From Candidatus Daviesbacteria bacterium (lineage in GTDB: Bacteria; Patescibacteriota; Microgenomatia; Daviesbacterales; UBA10151): 64,000 nucleotides of DNA. Shown one piece after another: positions 10,544-19,779 of this stretch. Both the position numbers and the translations under genes were made by a program. The notes under the pieces were generated by a model that was not told where the DNA came from, did not search any database, and was given only the letters and a program-made list of their open reading frames with translations. The DNA is taken from assembly GCA_027451625.1 (NCBI GenBank), contig DAIDIY010000048.1, positions 26,917-90,916 on the forward strand, in the 5' to 3' direction. The first letter of the stretch is position 1. Each line of letters opens with the position of its first letter.

Positions 10544-11215
10544 TTACGAAGCAACAGTATTTAAATATTGTCCGCATAGTCCAGGAACTCGAGCAATAAT
10601 AAATACTATTTTTCCTAGATCTGGACTCCAGCCGAGGGTACATAGAGCTACTGCGATTGCTCCGTCAATGTTGAGAGGTAAAGTCATATTTAAAGATGAA
10701 TCAATTTTATCTTTAAACTCTGAGACAAGTTTCACGAATTCATCACTAAGTCCAAAATCATTTATTTTTTCTATAATTAACATCGCTCGAGGATCTTTAT
10801 TTTTATATATTCGATGACCAAATCCAGGAAATCTTTTCCCTTCTTTAATATATCCTTCTACTAATTCTGAAATCTTTAAGCTCCCCATTTTAATTTGATA
10901 TAGAAGTTCCATTAGTTTTTCTTGAGCTCCTCCATGAATATCATTAATTTCCTCTATACCTGCAGCAATAGATTCTGAAATCGTTTTTCCCTCCCTTGCT
11001 TTTTCTATGACTTTTTTTGTGCTTGGAGTATTTGGACCATGATCGATAGATAGATTTAATATCAATTCAAATAATTTTTTTTCTTGAGGAGAGGGTTTGC
11101 GTTCACTTAAAAGTTCAAAAACAAGTTCAGGAAAAGACCTCTGCGGAGCTATTTGAAGTAAATCTTCATCTCCAAATAAAATATCAAGATCTCGATGTAT
11201 AACTGTTTTTGCCAT
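10544..11215 (-). CDS. citrate synthase C-terminal domain-like protein (citryl-CoA lyase-like)
   Basis: HGGAQE (citrate synthase HGGANE) and GFGHRIYKNKDPRA (GFGHRVYKxxDPRA, including the catalytic His and Asp). Only 223 aa, matching the C-terminal half of citrate synthase or the AclA tail. Confidence 0.6.
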   Translation of the reverse strand: MAKTVIHRDLDILFGDEDLLQIAPQRSFPELVFELLSERKPSPQEKKLFELILNLSIDHGPNTPSTKKVIEKAREGKTISESIAAGIEEINDIHGGAQEKLMELLYQIKMGSLKISELVEGYIKEGKRFPGFGHRIYKNKDPRAMLIIEKINDFGLSDEFVKLVSEFKDKIDSSLNMTLPLNIDGAIAVALCTLGWSPDLGKIVFIIARVPGLCGQYLNTVAS

Positions 11216-11244
11216 ACTTAAAAATTAGATTTATTCATTTTATT

Positions 11245-12138
11245 CTATTTTAAAACCTCCTCTACAAGTCCAACAATTTGATCAAATTCTCTGGCCACTC
11301 GAACTCCTGCTTGAGCTAGAACTTGACGTTTATATTCAGGATTTCCTCTATTACCTTCAATTATCGCTCCAGCATGACCAAACTGAACTTCTGAAGGTAG
11401 AGTCATAGTGAACTCTCCCCCTATAAATGCTATTATCGGTTTTTTGATTTTATCAAGTTTAACAAATTCTGCTACCCTCTCTTCATAAGTTCCCCCTAAC
11501 TCTCCAAACATGACAAAGCAATCTGTTTCTTTATCATCTTCTAAATCCAGCATTAGGTCAACGAAGTCGGAGCCTATAATTCTATCTCCCCCTATCCCTA
11601 TAGCCCAAGAGATCCCCTTACCTCTTTTTTTAAGCTGTAACGAGATTTCAGCAGCCATACTCCCAGATTTAGAAAGTACAGCTATACTTCCAGGTACAAA
11701 CATCTTTTGAGGATTTCCCCCTCCCATTAATCCCATCTTTAGTTTTCTAGAAGGAGAGATAAGCCCCGCGGTATTAGGTCCTATTATTTGAGCTCCTTTT
11801 AAACGTGCATAAGACACGATGTATGTAGTATCTTTAGTAGGAACCTTCTCTGCTTGAACTATGTGGAATTTGATGCCAGCATCGATCGCCTCAATAGTAG
11901 CGTTTTTAACAAAACTAGGGGGAACGAATTGAATTGATGCATCTACAAACCCAATTTTACTAATAGCCTCAGATACTGTATTAAAAACTGGAACACCATT
12001 GACTTCTAATCCCCCTTTACCTGGGGTCACTCCCGCAACAATATCAGTCCCATAATCCATCATCCATGGTAGAGCCCTTGCTCCTTCAGAGCCTGTCATT
12101 CCTTGACCTAAAATTCTTATTCCTGATTTTGGTAGCAT
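11245..12138 (-). CDS. succinyl-CoA synthetase alpha-subunit-like / ATP-citrate lyase AclA N-terminal-like CoA ligase
   Basis: GMTGSEGARA...GVTPGKGG CoA-binding motifs and a GHAGAII phosphohistidine loop. Confidence 0.75.
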   Translation of the reverse strand: MLPKSGIRILGQGMTGSEGARALPWMMDYGTDIVAGVTPGKGGLEVNGVPVFNTVSEAISKIGFVDASIQFVPPSFVKNATIEAIDAGIKFHIVQAEKVPTKDTTYIVSYARLKGAQIIGPNTAGLISPSRKLKMGLMGGGNPQKMFVPGSIAVLSKSGSMAAEISLQLKKRGKGISWAIGIGGDRIIGSDFVDLMLDLEDDKETDCFVMFGELGGTYEERVAEFVKLDKIKKPIIAFIGGEFTMTLPSEVQFGHAGAIIEGNRGNPEYKRQVLAQAGVRVAREFDQIVGLVEEVLK

Positions 12139-12210
12139 CTTTATATTCCTTAGTAAGTTAAAAAAAACTTATCTAATTTAGGTAATAAATTCTATTTGTC
12201 TTACCCTCAA

Positions 12211-13467
12211 TTACGAATCGATTATCTTTTTATATTTATTCACTAAATCTACCATAATTTTTGCCGACTGGGAAATTGTTGCTTCCTCTCCGTATACATA
12301 AAGTTGAAAATCTTTAACTTTTCTCAGCATATCAAAGGCTTCTTCTTCTCTTGGTCCTCCTCTTCGAATTAAGATTGGAAATTTAAACTTTTTATCCAAT
12401 TTTTTTTCTACCTCACGAAGTCCTTCTATTATTCCTAGTAAAGTTTCATAAATATCGGTAAAGTTAGCAGCTACAGTTCCAATAATCCATAATCCATGAA
12501 TATTTGGCTTAGATAAGACTATTTCTGTTAACTTTACAACCTTTTCTTTAGGAGGATTACCTGAATACTCAGTGAAATTAGCGGGTTTTCCTCCATATTC
12601 AATCAGAGCATCCATAGCTGTAAGTGATACTCCTCCTCCAGAGGATAAAATAGCTATATCTCCAGGGAGATCAAAATATGTTGAACCGGCAGTTCCGCGA
12701 TAATCGAGAAGATCAATTTGTTTGGCAGCAACCTCACTATTTGTGGGCTCATGTCCAGGAACTGAACGAGGAGGGAAATTCCACTCTTTATGCCTAAATC
12801 TAGCATCATCATCTATCTTAATCTTAGCATCCAAAGCTATCCATTCTCCGGTTTTGGTTATAACTAAAGGATTTATTTCTAAAAGTAAGCAATCGTTCTC
12901 AAAAAAAATATTTATTAATTTTTGAACAAGGATAAGAAAAGATTTTTTATTTTTATTAGTCAAAAAAAGATCTAAGTCATTTAGAAATTTAGATCTACTC
13001 TTATTCACAATTTCTGTATCCGTTAAACCTTTCTGATTTAGCTTATCCCAAACAACTTGCTGTTCTAAAATATTTATAGGATACATACTCTTCTCTCTCT
13101 CCTCTACCCCTGTTCCTCCTAATAAAGATAAAGTTAGTACAGGCAGTCGAACTAATGTATCGTAAGATATAGAGATATAATATTCTTTAGCAAAACCTAC
13201 AGCATCTTCAACGAGTACTTTATTTACCCTTTCACCATTGATCTTCTTTCCAAACAAATCTATTATTTCACCTGAAACATCTTCTTCTTTTAACACTTTA
13301 ATAATTCCTCCAGAGTTAGCCCTTTTACCTGATAAGACTTGAGCCTTCAAGACTATAGGAACTTTAAGTCTTACTGGTTGATTAAGATTCTCTATAACCT
13401 CAGATCTAGGAACTTTAATCCCATTGTTTCCAAGGATCTCCTTTCCCTCAAACTCATATAAAATCAT
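12211..13467 (-). CDS. succinyl-CoA synthetase beta-subunit-like / AclB-like ATP-grasp subunit
   Basis: N-terminal MILYEFEGKEIL...VLKAQVLSGKR resembles the SucC ATP-grasp N-terminus; 418 aa. Confidence 0.7.
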   Translation of the reverse strand: MILYEFEGKEILGNNGIKVPRSEVIENLNQPVRLKVPIVLKAQVLSGKRANSGGIIKVLKEEDVSGEIIDLFGKKINGERVNKVLVEDAVGFAKEYYISISYDTLVRLPVLTLSLLGGTGVEEREKSMYPINILEQQVVWDKLNQKGLTDTEIVNKSRSKFLNDLDLFLTNKNKKSFLILVQKLINIFFENDCLLLEINPLVITKTGEWIALDAKIKIDDDARFRHKEWNFPPRSVPGHEPTNSEVAAKQIDLLDYRGTAGSTYFDLPGDIAILSSGGGVSLTAMDALIEYGGKPANFTEYSGNPPKEKVVKLTEIVLSKPNIHGLWIIGTVAANFTDIYETLLGIIEGLREVEKKLDKKFKFPILIRRGGPREEEAFDMLRKVKDFQLYVYGEEATISQSAKIMVDLVNKYKKIIDS

Positions 13468-13550
13468 ACGATCTATTCTACCCTAAAACTGGTTATTTGA
13501 CAGCATAAATGTTTACAGTGGAGGCTAATGTAAGGTAAAATTACCGGTAA

Positions 13551-13622
13551 GGCAGGGTAGCTTAGAGGAAGAGCAACACATTCATAACGTGTAGGCCATG
13601 GGTTCGAATCCCATCCCTGCTA
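13551..13622 (+). tRNA. tRNA with anticodon CAT (elongator Met, or Ile2 if lysidinylated)
   Basis: Acceptor GGCAGGG/CCCTGCT (G1-U72 wobble), anticodon loop TTCATAA, T-arm ATGGG-TTCGAAT-CCCAT. No 3-GC run in the anticodon stem, so it is not the initiator. Confidence 0.65.
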
Positions 13623-13662
13623 CTTTTTTAGTGGTATATTAACTTCAAAAATAAAATCTATG

Positions 13663-13734
13663 TTGCGGGGCTGGGATTCGAACCCAGGACCTCGAGATTA
13701 TGAGCCTCGCGAGCTGCCACTGCTCTACCCCGCG
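13663..13734 (-). tRNA. initiator tRNA-fMet (CAT)
   Basis: Minus-strand sequence CGCGGGGTAGAGCAG...CTCATAA...CCCCGCAA is near-identical to E. coli tRNA-fMet, including the C1-A72 mismatch. Confidence 0.85.
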
Positions 13735-13852
13735 GTTTTTAGATATCTATAAATTAATCCAAAAGAAAAATCTTGAGTAAACTTTTCTAAATGTATTATA
13801 TAACAAGACTGACCTGAGTGCAAAATCGATTACAAATATTATATATTCTTAA

Positions 13853-14218
13853 TCAGAAAAAACCAAAAATATTTAACCATCCCTGCCAATATGGTAGTTT
13901 CACTTGAGGAACTTTTCTCTCTTGAGCCATTATCTTGTCTAATTCACTTTGAGAGATAATCACGACTGTCTCATTAGGTTTGGCTAAATCCATTCTATCT
14001 CGTGCTTGTTCCTCAATAAAATTTAAAGAGGAAACATTCTTAAATTCAGATTTAAGTTTTAAATTATTGTCTTCTAAAGTCTGCAGTTGTGCTTGTGCAT
14101 CATACAACCTTTTCCCGGCCTGGAGTGAATCATAAATCTGCTTACTTAGGCTATAAAGCAGCAAGAAGAAAAGGCCAACTATAGCCACGAATGTAATATT
14201 TTTTCTTAAGTTATTCAT
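13853..14218 (-). CDS. ftsB: cell division protein FtsB/DivIC family (septum formation initiator)
   Basis: Single N-terminal TM, a coiled-coil, then IEEQARDRMDLAKPNETVVI, the conserved FtsB/DivIC C-terminal motif. Confidence 0.7.
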   Translation of the reverse strand: MNNLRKNITFVAIVGLFFLLLYSLSKQIYDSLQAGKRLYDAQAQLQTLEDNNLKLKSEFKNVSSLNFIEEQARDRMDLAKPNETVVIISQSELDKIMAQERKVPQVKLPYWQGWLNIFGFF

Positions 14219-14292
14219 ATATCAAAAAAAAAATTGTACATTGACTTTCACAACCTATATAAGTAATATATAAGATATAAATTTCTATTAAA

Positions 14293-15159
14293 ATGACACT
14301 TACCGAAGCCAGAACTAAATTTATTGATTTCTTAAAGACTAAAAAACGTTCCTCGAGTACTATTCTAGCTTACGGAAAGGATATAGAGCAACTTGTTTCC
14401 TATTTAGAAGAGAGAAAAGTTATTGATCCTACCAATGTGACTACCGATCAACTAAATCTTTTTATGCAGAAATTGGCTCAAGAAAACTATACAGCTAAAT
14501 CAATCTCTCGGAAAACTAACTCAACTAAAACTTTTTTTAAATATCTGAAGACAGAAAATATCATTCAAAATGATCCAGCTTCAGCCTTAGAACACCCCAA
14601 CTTTGAAAATAAGCCACCTCGGATATTAACAAAAATGGAATATCGAGCTTTGAGAGATGCTGCCAGAGGTGATATACGAATGTCAGCTGTAATAGAACTC
14701 CTATTACAAACAGGTGTAAGAATTGGAGAATTAGCTAAGATAGATCTAGAAGATTTAACTTTAAGTAGTGATAATCCCAGTTTATATATAAAACCTCAAG
14801 AAGGAGCTGTGGAGAGGCATATTCCTCTTAATAAACCTGCACTTGATGCTTTAACAAAATATTTAGATGTTAGATCCAAAACGCAAAGTAAATCTTTATT
14901 TGTGACCAAAACAGGCAGACCTCTACTAGTAAGAAATATTCGAACAGCCATAGATCGATATTTCAGACTCGCTGGTATAAAAGGTGCCAAAGTTAATGAT
15001 TTACGTCATACTTGGGTTGCTCATCAACTAGAATCTGGAATGTCACTGGTTATGGTTTCTAAACTTTCTGGGCACAAAAGAGTTTCTACTACTGAAAAGT
15101 ATCTTCAATATATCCCTTCTCGTACATCTGAAGATAAAATTAAATTAGAAGAACTTTAA
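14293..15159 (+). CDS. xerD: tyrosine site-specific recombinase, XerC/XerD family
   Basis: N-terminal SAM-like domain (ILAYGKDIEQLVSYL); catalytic LRHTWVAHQL...GHKRVSTTEKYL with the R-H-R-Y residues. Confidence 0.75.
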   Translation: MTLTEARTKFIDFLKTKKRSSSTILAYGKDIEQLVSYLEERKVIDPTNVTTDQLNLFMQKLAQENYTAKSISRKTNSTKTFFKYLKTENIIQNDPASALEHPNFENKPPRILTKMEYRALRDAARGDIRMSAVIELLLQTGVRIGELAKIDLEDLTLSSDNPSLYIKPQEGAVERHIPLNKPALDALTKYLDVRSKTQSKSLFVTKTGRPLLVRNIRTAIDRYFRLAGIKGAKVNDLRHTWVAHQLESGMSLVMVSKLSGHKRVSTTEKYLQYIPSRTSEDKIKLEEL

Positions 15160-15177
15160 ATTCATAAAAGTATAGAG

Positions 15178-15249
15178 TGCGCCTGCTTGGGATCGAACCA
15201 AGGACATCTACTTTATAAGAGTAGCGCTCTACCACTGAGCTACAGGCGC
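15178..15249 (-). tRNA. tRNA-Ile (anticodon TAT/UAU)
   Basis: Minus-strand read GCGCCTG-TA-GCTCAGTGGTAGAGC-G-CTACT-CTTATAA-AGTAG-ATGTC-CTTGG-TTCGATC-CCAAG-CAGGCGC-A. The 7-nt anticodon loop has UAU at positions 34-36. Confidence 0.7.
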
Positions 15250-15385
15250 ATCAAAACCTTTCAATTGTATCAAGATATATTTATTAAAAACATAAACTTT
15301 TTAATAAATACTATTTTAAGAAATACTCAAGTATTAAAAGACTATACGAATAGTAATATGTGCCTGTTCTTATGTCAACAAATAG

Positions 15386-15589
15386 CTATTTAAGATAGTT
15401 TAATACAAAACTAAGGATGATTGCTAAAAGTAAACCTGAAACAAATGGAATATATAATTTTATACTGTATCTATCTACAAAAATATCCCCAGGAATTGGA
15501 GGATAATTTTTTAGCACTAAGTTAGCTAAAAAAGCTATAAACAACTCACTAACAACAAATAAATAAAACCCTCTTATTATAAGATGCAT
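15386..15589 (-). CDS. small hydrophobic membrane protein (hypothetical)
   Basis: 67-aa ORF with two predicted TM helices, immediately downstream of the VirD4-like gene on the same strand. No motif. Confidence 0.3.
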   Translation of the reverse strand: MHLIIRGFYLFVVSELFIAFLANLVLKNYPPIPGDIFVDRYSIKLYIPFVSGLLLAIILSFVLNYLK

Positions 15590-15609
15590 TATTTAAACTC
15601 TTATAGCCT

Positions 15610-17952
15610 CTAAAGATTTGCCCTATGAGTAATCTCTGTTTCAACTTCTCCTACATCACGACCATATGTTAGTCGAGATAATTCCTTAATAGCTTGGGCA
15701 ATATTGGGATTTTTCATTGCATTCCAAGCATTAACATCAATTCCAACATTCATTGAAAATGGAGGGACAGGTTCTCCATGAACTTGGGTTTTAACATACA
15801 CGTGCCGAGCTTCAATATTTACCAAATCTTGTTCAGAAAATACCGGTGAGAACTCATGTTGTAAAAAGTTTGCATCTGTTACTCCTACTCGATAAGTCAT
15901 TAAAGTTCCAACATTACCAAAAATAGCATTCTTAATTTCTTCAGGCATCTGTCCTATAAACTGGTTAGCAACAATTAAGTTTAAATGGTACTTTCTAGCT
16001 TCAGACAAGATAGTAGCAAAAGTGTCCGTAGCAAAATTTTGAAACTCATCTACATACAAATAAAAATCTCTTCTTTGAGATTCTGGGACATCAGCTCTCG
16101 ACATCGCAGCAGCCAAAATTTTAGGAACTAAAATAAGTCCTAAGAAATTAGAATTTTCTTCTCCCATTCTTCCTTTCGAGAGATTAACAATTAAAATTTT
16201 TCCATTATCCATAATCTCTCGAAGATTGAACGAGGACTTACTCTGACCAATGATATTCCTTAACATTCTATTTGTGACAAAACGCCCAAATTTAGAAACT
16301 GTATAATCTAACACCTCGGATTTATGAAAATCGGCTGTATGAGCAATCTGATCAGTCCAATACCGCCTTACTATCGGATCAGTTACATAGGGTAAGAGCT
16401 CTTTAACATACTCAGGATCTTGCATTATTCTCATAACTTCAACAAAAGTATTTCCAGGAACAGACATGACTGTTAACATCGCATTTCTTACTCCATGCTC
16501 AAAACGAGGTCCAATAATTCCTGTTTTATGAGGGTCATATAGCTTATACATAAGACCTAAAATTTCAGTTGTGATGAAGTGTTTCTCATCTTCTGTTCTA
16601 GCATCAAGCATATTCATTCCAAAAGGTCGAGAAACATCACCTGGGTCAAAATAAACTACGTCTTGAGCTCTATTAGGAGGAATAAGCGATAACATCTCCT
16701 CAGCAGCATCACCGTGCGGATCGATAAAAGCTATTCCCTTACCCGATATAATATCTTGAAGCATTAAAGTCTTAAGTAGAGTGGTTTTACCTGTTCCAGT
16801 ACGTCCAATAATATACATATGTCGTTGGCGATCCTCCTCAGAGATATAAACAGGTCTTTGAGTACCTCGGAAAATAGATTTCCCTAAATAAAGACCTGAG
16901 GTAGGAATTTTCTCTGAGGCTGGAGCTGATCTTGCTGGCAACCAAGCTATATGAGGAGTTGTTATAGATTTATTGGGGAAGTGATAAATCGTGGCTATTT
17001 CTTCAGGGGTAAGAATCGGAATCTTGTGTAAAAGAGGAGTGTAGCGGTTGATAAAATCAGTAATAAACCCTTTTTCAGATGGCACTTTAGCACCACTGAA
17101 GCTATTATAAGGACCAGCAAACTGCTCAAATGAAGCCTTAATATTGGCAAGATGCGCCTTTGCACTATCCTTATTAATTGAAGAGGTAACTATCCTTATA
17201 GTCACAAAAAAACCAGGTTTAGAAATTTTATTTTCAACAGCTTCAAGTTGTTTAGTATCTGGAGGTGGTTTAGGATTATCGGGCTTACCAGGATCTTTTT
17301 CTTTTTTTATCCATTTTTTAGCTAAATCCTTCCATTTATTATCTGCAGGACTCATGATAAGCTGAACCGTAGCACCTTCCCCTTCTCCCATCTTAGCCAA
17401 GGCTGAAGTCATTGAACTTAATGGGTCTGTGGGTAAATCCTTATAAGTCTTTATTGGAAAATAATCAGATGATTTAAGATTATATTGAGCATAAGCGGTC
17501 TGTCCACCTTCTGAAAAAATATTATATTCTGGAACTTCTTTAATCTCAGCATCAGGATATGCACCATGGATCTGTTTTTCCACTAAATCTTGTAATGATT
17601 TATTAACACATATATAGAACTTTATTGACTCATGTAAAGCCACTATCTCAAAAGAAATTTGGTTTTGCATTTTTAGGCTCATAAAACCAGTATTTTTCTT
17701 TATCGAATTTAAGGCTGCAAAGAGTTGTTCCATTGCATCAATCTTAATCTCATTATCTTTAGGTACATTAACCTGGAGCACTATAGATTGCAAAGAATAC
17801 TTATCTCTACCTCGACTTCTCAACCAAGCAAAAAAATAATGGAAAAAAGAAACAGCTAGAATTACAAAAAGTCCAACCAAAAAGAATCCTCCAATAACTA
17901 AAGCTATAATAAGTGTTAAATCAGAGCCTCCTGTGGCTGTTGAAACTTCCAT
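15610..17952 (-). CDS. VirD4/TraG/TrwB-like type IV coupling-protein-family P-loop ATPase (or DUF87/HerA-like)
   Basis: N-terminal TM anchor; Walker A MYIIGRTGTGKTTLLK, then IAFIDPHGD, Walker B DFYLYVDEFQNF. 780 aa. Confidence 0.5.
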   Translation of the reverse strand: MEVSTATGGSDLTLIIALVIGGFFLVGLFVILAVSFFHYFFAWLRSRGRDKYSLQSIVLQVNVPKDNEIKIDAMEQLFAALNSIKKNTGFMSLKMQNQISFEIVALHESIKFYICVNKSLQDLVEKQIHGAYPDAEIKEVPEYNIFSEGGQTAYAQYNLKSSDYFPIKTYKDLPTDPLSSMTSALAKMGEGEGATVQLIMSPADNKWKDLAKKWIKKEKDPGKPDNPKPPPDTKQLEAVENKISKPGFFVTIRIVTSSINKDSAKAHLANIKASFEQFAGPYNSFSGAKVPSEKGFITDFINRYTPLLHKIPILTPEEIATIYHFPNKSITTPHIAWLPARSAPASEKIPTSGLYLGKSIFRGTQRPVYISEEDRQRHMYIIGRTGTGKTTLLKTLMLQDIISGKGIAFIDPHGDAAEEMLSLIPPNRAQDVVYFDPGDVSRPFGMNMLDARTEDEKHFITTEILGLMYKLYDPHKTGIIGPRFEHGVRNAMLTVMSVPGNTFVEVMRIMQDPEYVKELLPYVTDPIVRRYWTDQIAHTADFHKSEVLDYTVSKFGRFVTNRMLRNIIGQSKSSFNLREIMDNGKILIVNLSKGRMGEENSNFLGLILVPKILAAAMSRADVPESQRRDFYLYVDEFQNFATDTFATILSEARKYHLNLIVANQFIGQMPEEIKNAIFGNVGTLMTYRVGVTDANFLQHEFSPVFSEQDLVNIEARHVYVKTQVHGEPVPPFSMNVGIDVNAWNAMKNPNIAQAIKELSRLTYGRDVGEVETEITHRANL

Positions 17953-17983
17953 AATTAGTATTCTATTCTCCTTATCTACTACT

Positions 17984-18370
17984 TTACTTCTTATTTACTT
18001 CTACAATTTCCATCCCCGGATGTTTAGCTGATAAACGTTTCTTGTGCTCTATGAGAAAAACATTGGAAGGCTCAGTTCGAGGTCTGCCCATGTTACCAGC
18101 TATTATATCCTCTAGGTCAACATTATTCTGGTCTGATATTTTAAACCATTTTAAAATTTTTTCCCACAGACTAGCCTTTTTACTTTGTTCTCCAGAAGCA
18201 AGATTGTCTTCAGGAATCATTGGAGTTTGATTTTCTATAGGTACGATATTATCTAAACTAACAGCTTTACCAGTAATTTCGGTTAAGTTTTGAGATATAT
18301 TCTGATGCAGCGATTTTGTATGAGATTCAGCATCACTTCCAGGTTGGATTAAATCATATATATCTACCAT
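17984..18370 (-). CDS. hypothetical protein
   Basis: 128-aa ORF directly upstream of and co-directional with the VirD4-like gene. No recognisable motif. Confidence 0.35.
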   Translation of the reverse strand: MVDIYDLIQPGSDAESHTKSLHQNISQNLTEITGKAVSLDNIVPIENQTPMIPEDNLASGEQSKKASLWEKILKWFKISDQNNVDLEDIIAGNMGRPRTEPSNVFLIEHKKRLSAKHPGMEIVEVNKK

Positions 18371-18451
18371 ATAAAGTTATTATACTCTACATGTCACGAC
18401 AAAGAGAGAATGTTATAGAACTAAATTAAATGGTAAAACTGAGGATTCTAG

Positions 18452-19399
18452 TTACTTACTTTGTTTAATTTTAAGATTTTCTAAATAGTCTTCAACGTCT
18501 AAAGCTGCTTTACAGCCAGCTGCAGCAGCAGTAACTGCCTGTTTGTATATCCGATCAGCGACGTCTCCAGCCCAGAAGATACCATCGATGGATGTTTTAG
18601 TCTCGTCAAAAACTTTAATATATCCTTTATCATCAAGCTCTAGTTGAGATTTTAAAAACTCCGTATTAGGTTTATGTCCAATTGCTATAAAAACTCCAGC
18701 AATCGGCATAACGGAGGTAGTACCGTTTTTAATATTTTTTAATCTTACAGAGGTAAGAACATTCTCCCCAAGAAATTCTTCTATAACACTATCTATTATA
18801 AATTCAATATTAGGCTTCGACTTAACTAACTCTAAAAGTGCTGGTTGAGCACGAAATTCATTTCGTCTATGAACTATATACACTTTTGAACAGATCTTAG
18901 ATAGATGTTGAGCTTCTCTCATAGCCGTATCTCCTCCACCTATTACAAGAACCTCTTTCCCTTGAAAAAACAATCCGTCACAAACTGCACAAGCTGAAAC
19001 TCCATGACCAATAAACTTCTCCTCTGAAGGAATTCCTAACCACATAGCTGAAGCACCCGTAGCTATAATTACTGACTGAGCGATGACTTTTTCACTCTCA
19101 GTTTGAATTACAAACGGTCGTGTTGAGAAATCTACTTCAACCACATCTTCATTAATGAATCTTGTATTAAAACGTTCAGCTTGAGATCTCATTTGCATCA
19201 TCAGTTGAGGGCCTTGAATACCTTCACTAAACCCTGGGAAGTCATCAACATCTGTTGTAAGCATAAGTTGTCCTCCGGCAGATCTGCCTGCTATAACTAG
19301 TGGAGATAAACTTCCTCTTGCTGCATAGATAGCTGCTGTAAGTCCAGCTGGTCCTGAACCTATAATGACTAATTTTTTGATGTCTGTAGAATCTTTCAT
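18452..19399 (-). CDS. trxB: thioredoxin-disulfide reductase
   Basis: FAD site GSGPAG, redox-active CAVCDG, NADPH site GGGDTA, C-terminal GDV. Confidence 0.9.
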   Translation of the reverse strand: MKDSTDIKKLVIIGSGPAGLTAAIYAARGSLSPLVIAGRSAGGQLMLTTDVDDFPGFSEGIQGPQLMMQMRSQAERFNTRFINEDVVEVDFSTRPFVIQTESEKVIAQSVIIATGASAMWLGIPSEEKFIGHGVSACAVCDGLFFQGKEVLVIGGGDTAMREAQHLSKICSKVYIVHRRNEFRAQPALLELVKSKPNIEFIIDSVIEEFLGENVLTSVRLKNIKNGTTSVMPIAGVFIAIGHKPNTEFLKSQLELDDKGYIKVFDETKTSIDGIFWAGDVADRIYKQAVTAAAAGCKAALDVEDYLENLKIKQSK

Positions 19400-19423
19400 A
19401 TTTCTCCTTTTTCAAAAGATACC

Positions 19424-19729
19424 TTAAGATTTTGGAGATATCTTTACTTGGGGGATAACCTTTACAGCAGATGGTGACACTTCTTTCACTCTCATTGATG
19501 GTGTAATTATTGCTGAAGATGAAGATACTAATGGAAGAGGCGTAATGGTTGGAGTTGGTACCGACATCATAGGAGTAGGAGTTGCGGAAACAGCGACTTC
19601 CTGAGAAAATTGATTTCTAAGCCAAACGAGATATCCTGCAATAACTAATATCGTAAGTACAACAATCAGAATAGTCACATTTCGATTCATAACTTTATCG
19701 ATTTTACATGAATGTAAACATAGGTACAA
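19424..19729 (-). CDS. small secreted/membrane-anchored Ser/Pro/Thr-rich protein (hypothetical)
   Basis: N-terminal TM or signal (VTILIVVLTILVIAGYLVW), then a low-complexity S/P/T-rich tail. Confidence 0.35.
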   Translation of the reverse strand: MYLCLHSCKIDKVMNRNVTILIVVLTILVIAGYLVWLRNQFSQEVAVSATPTPMMSVPTPTITPLPLVSSSSAIITPSMRVKEVSPSAVKVIPQVKISPKS

Positions 19730-19779
19730 GAGATGATTTTTGGCTTGCTAAAAACAAAATATTAATTTAAAATTTTTTT

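Noticed and set aside
14293-15159. Calling the tyrosine recombinase a phage or ICE integrase
   Set aside because: It carries the XerC/D-type N-terminal domain and I found no nearby repeat of the tRNA 3' end, so I left it as XerC/D family. The mobile-element reading is kept only as a finding to test.
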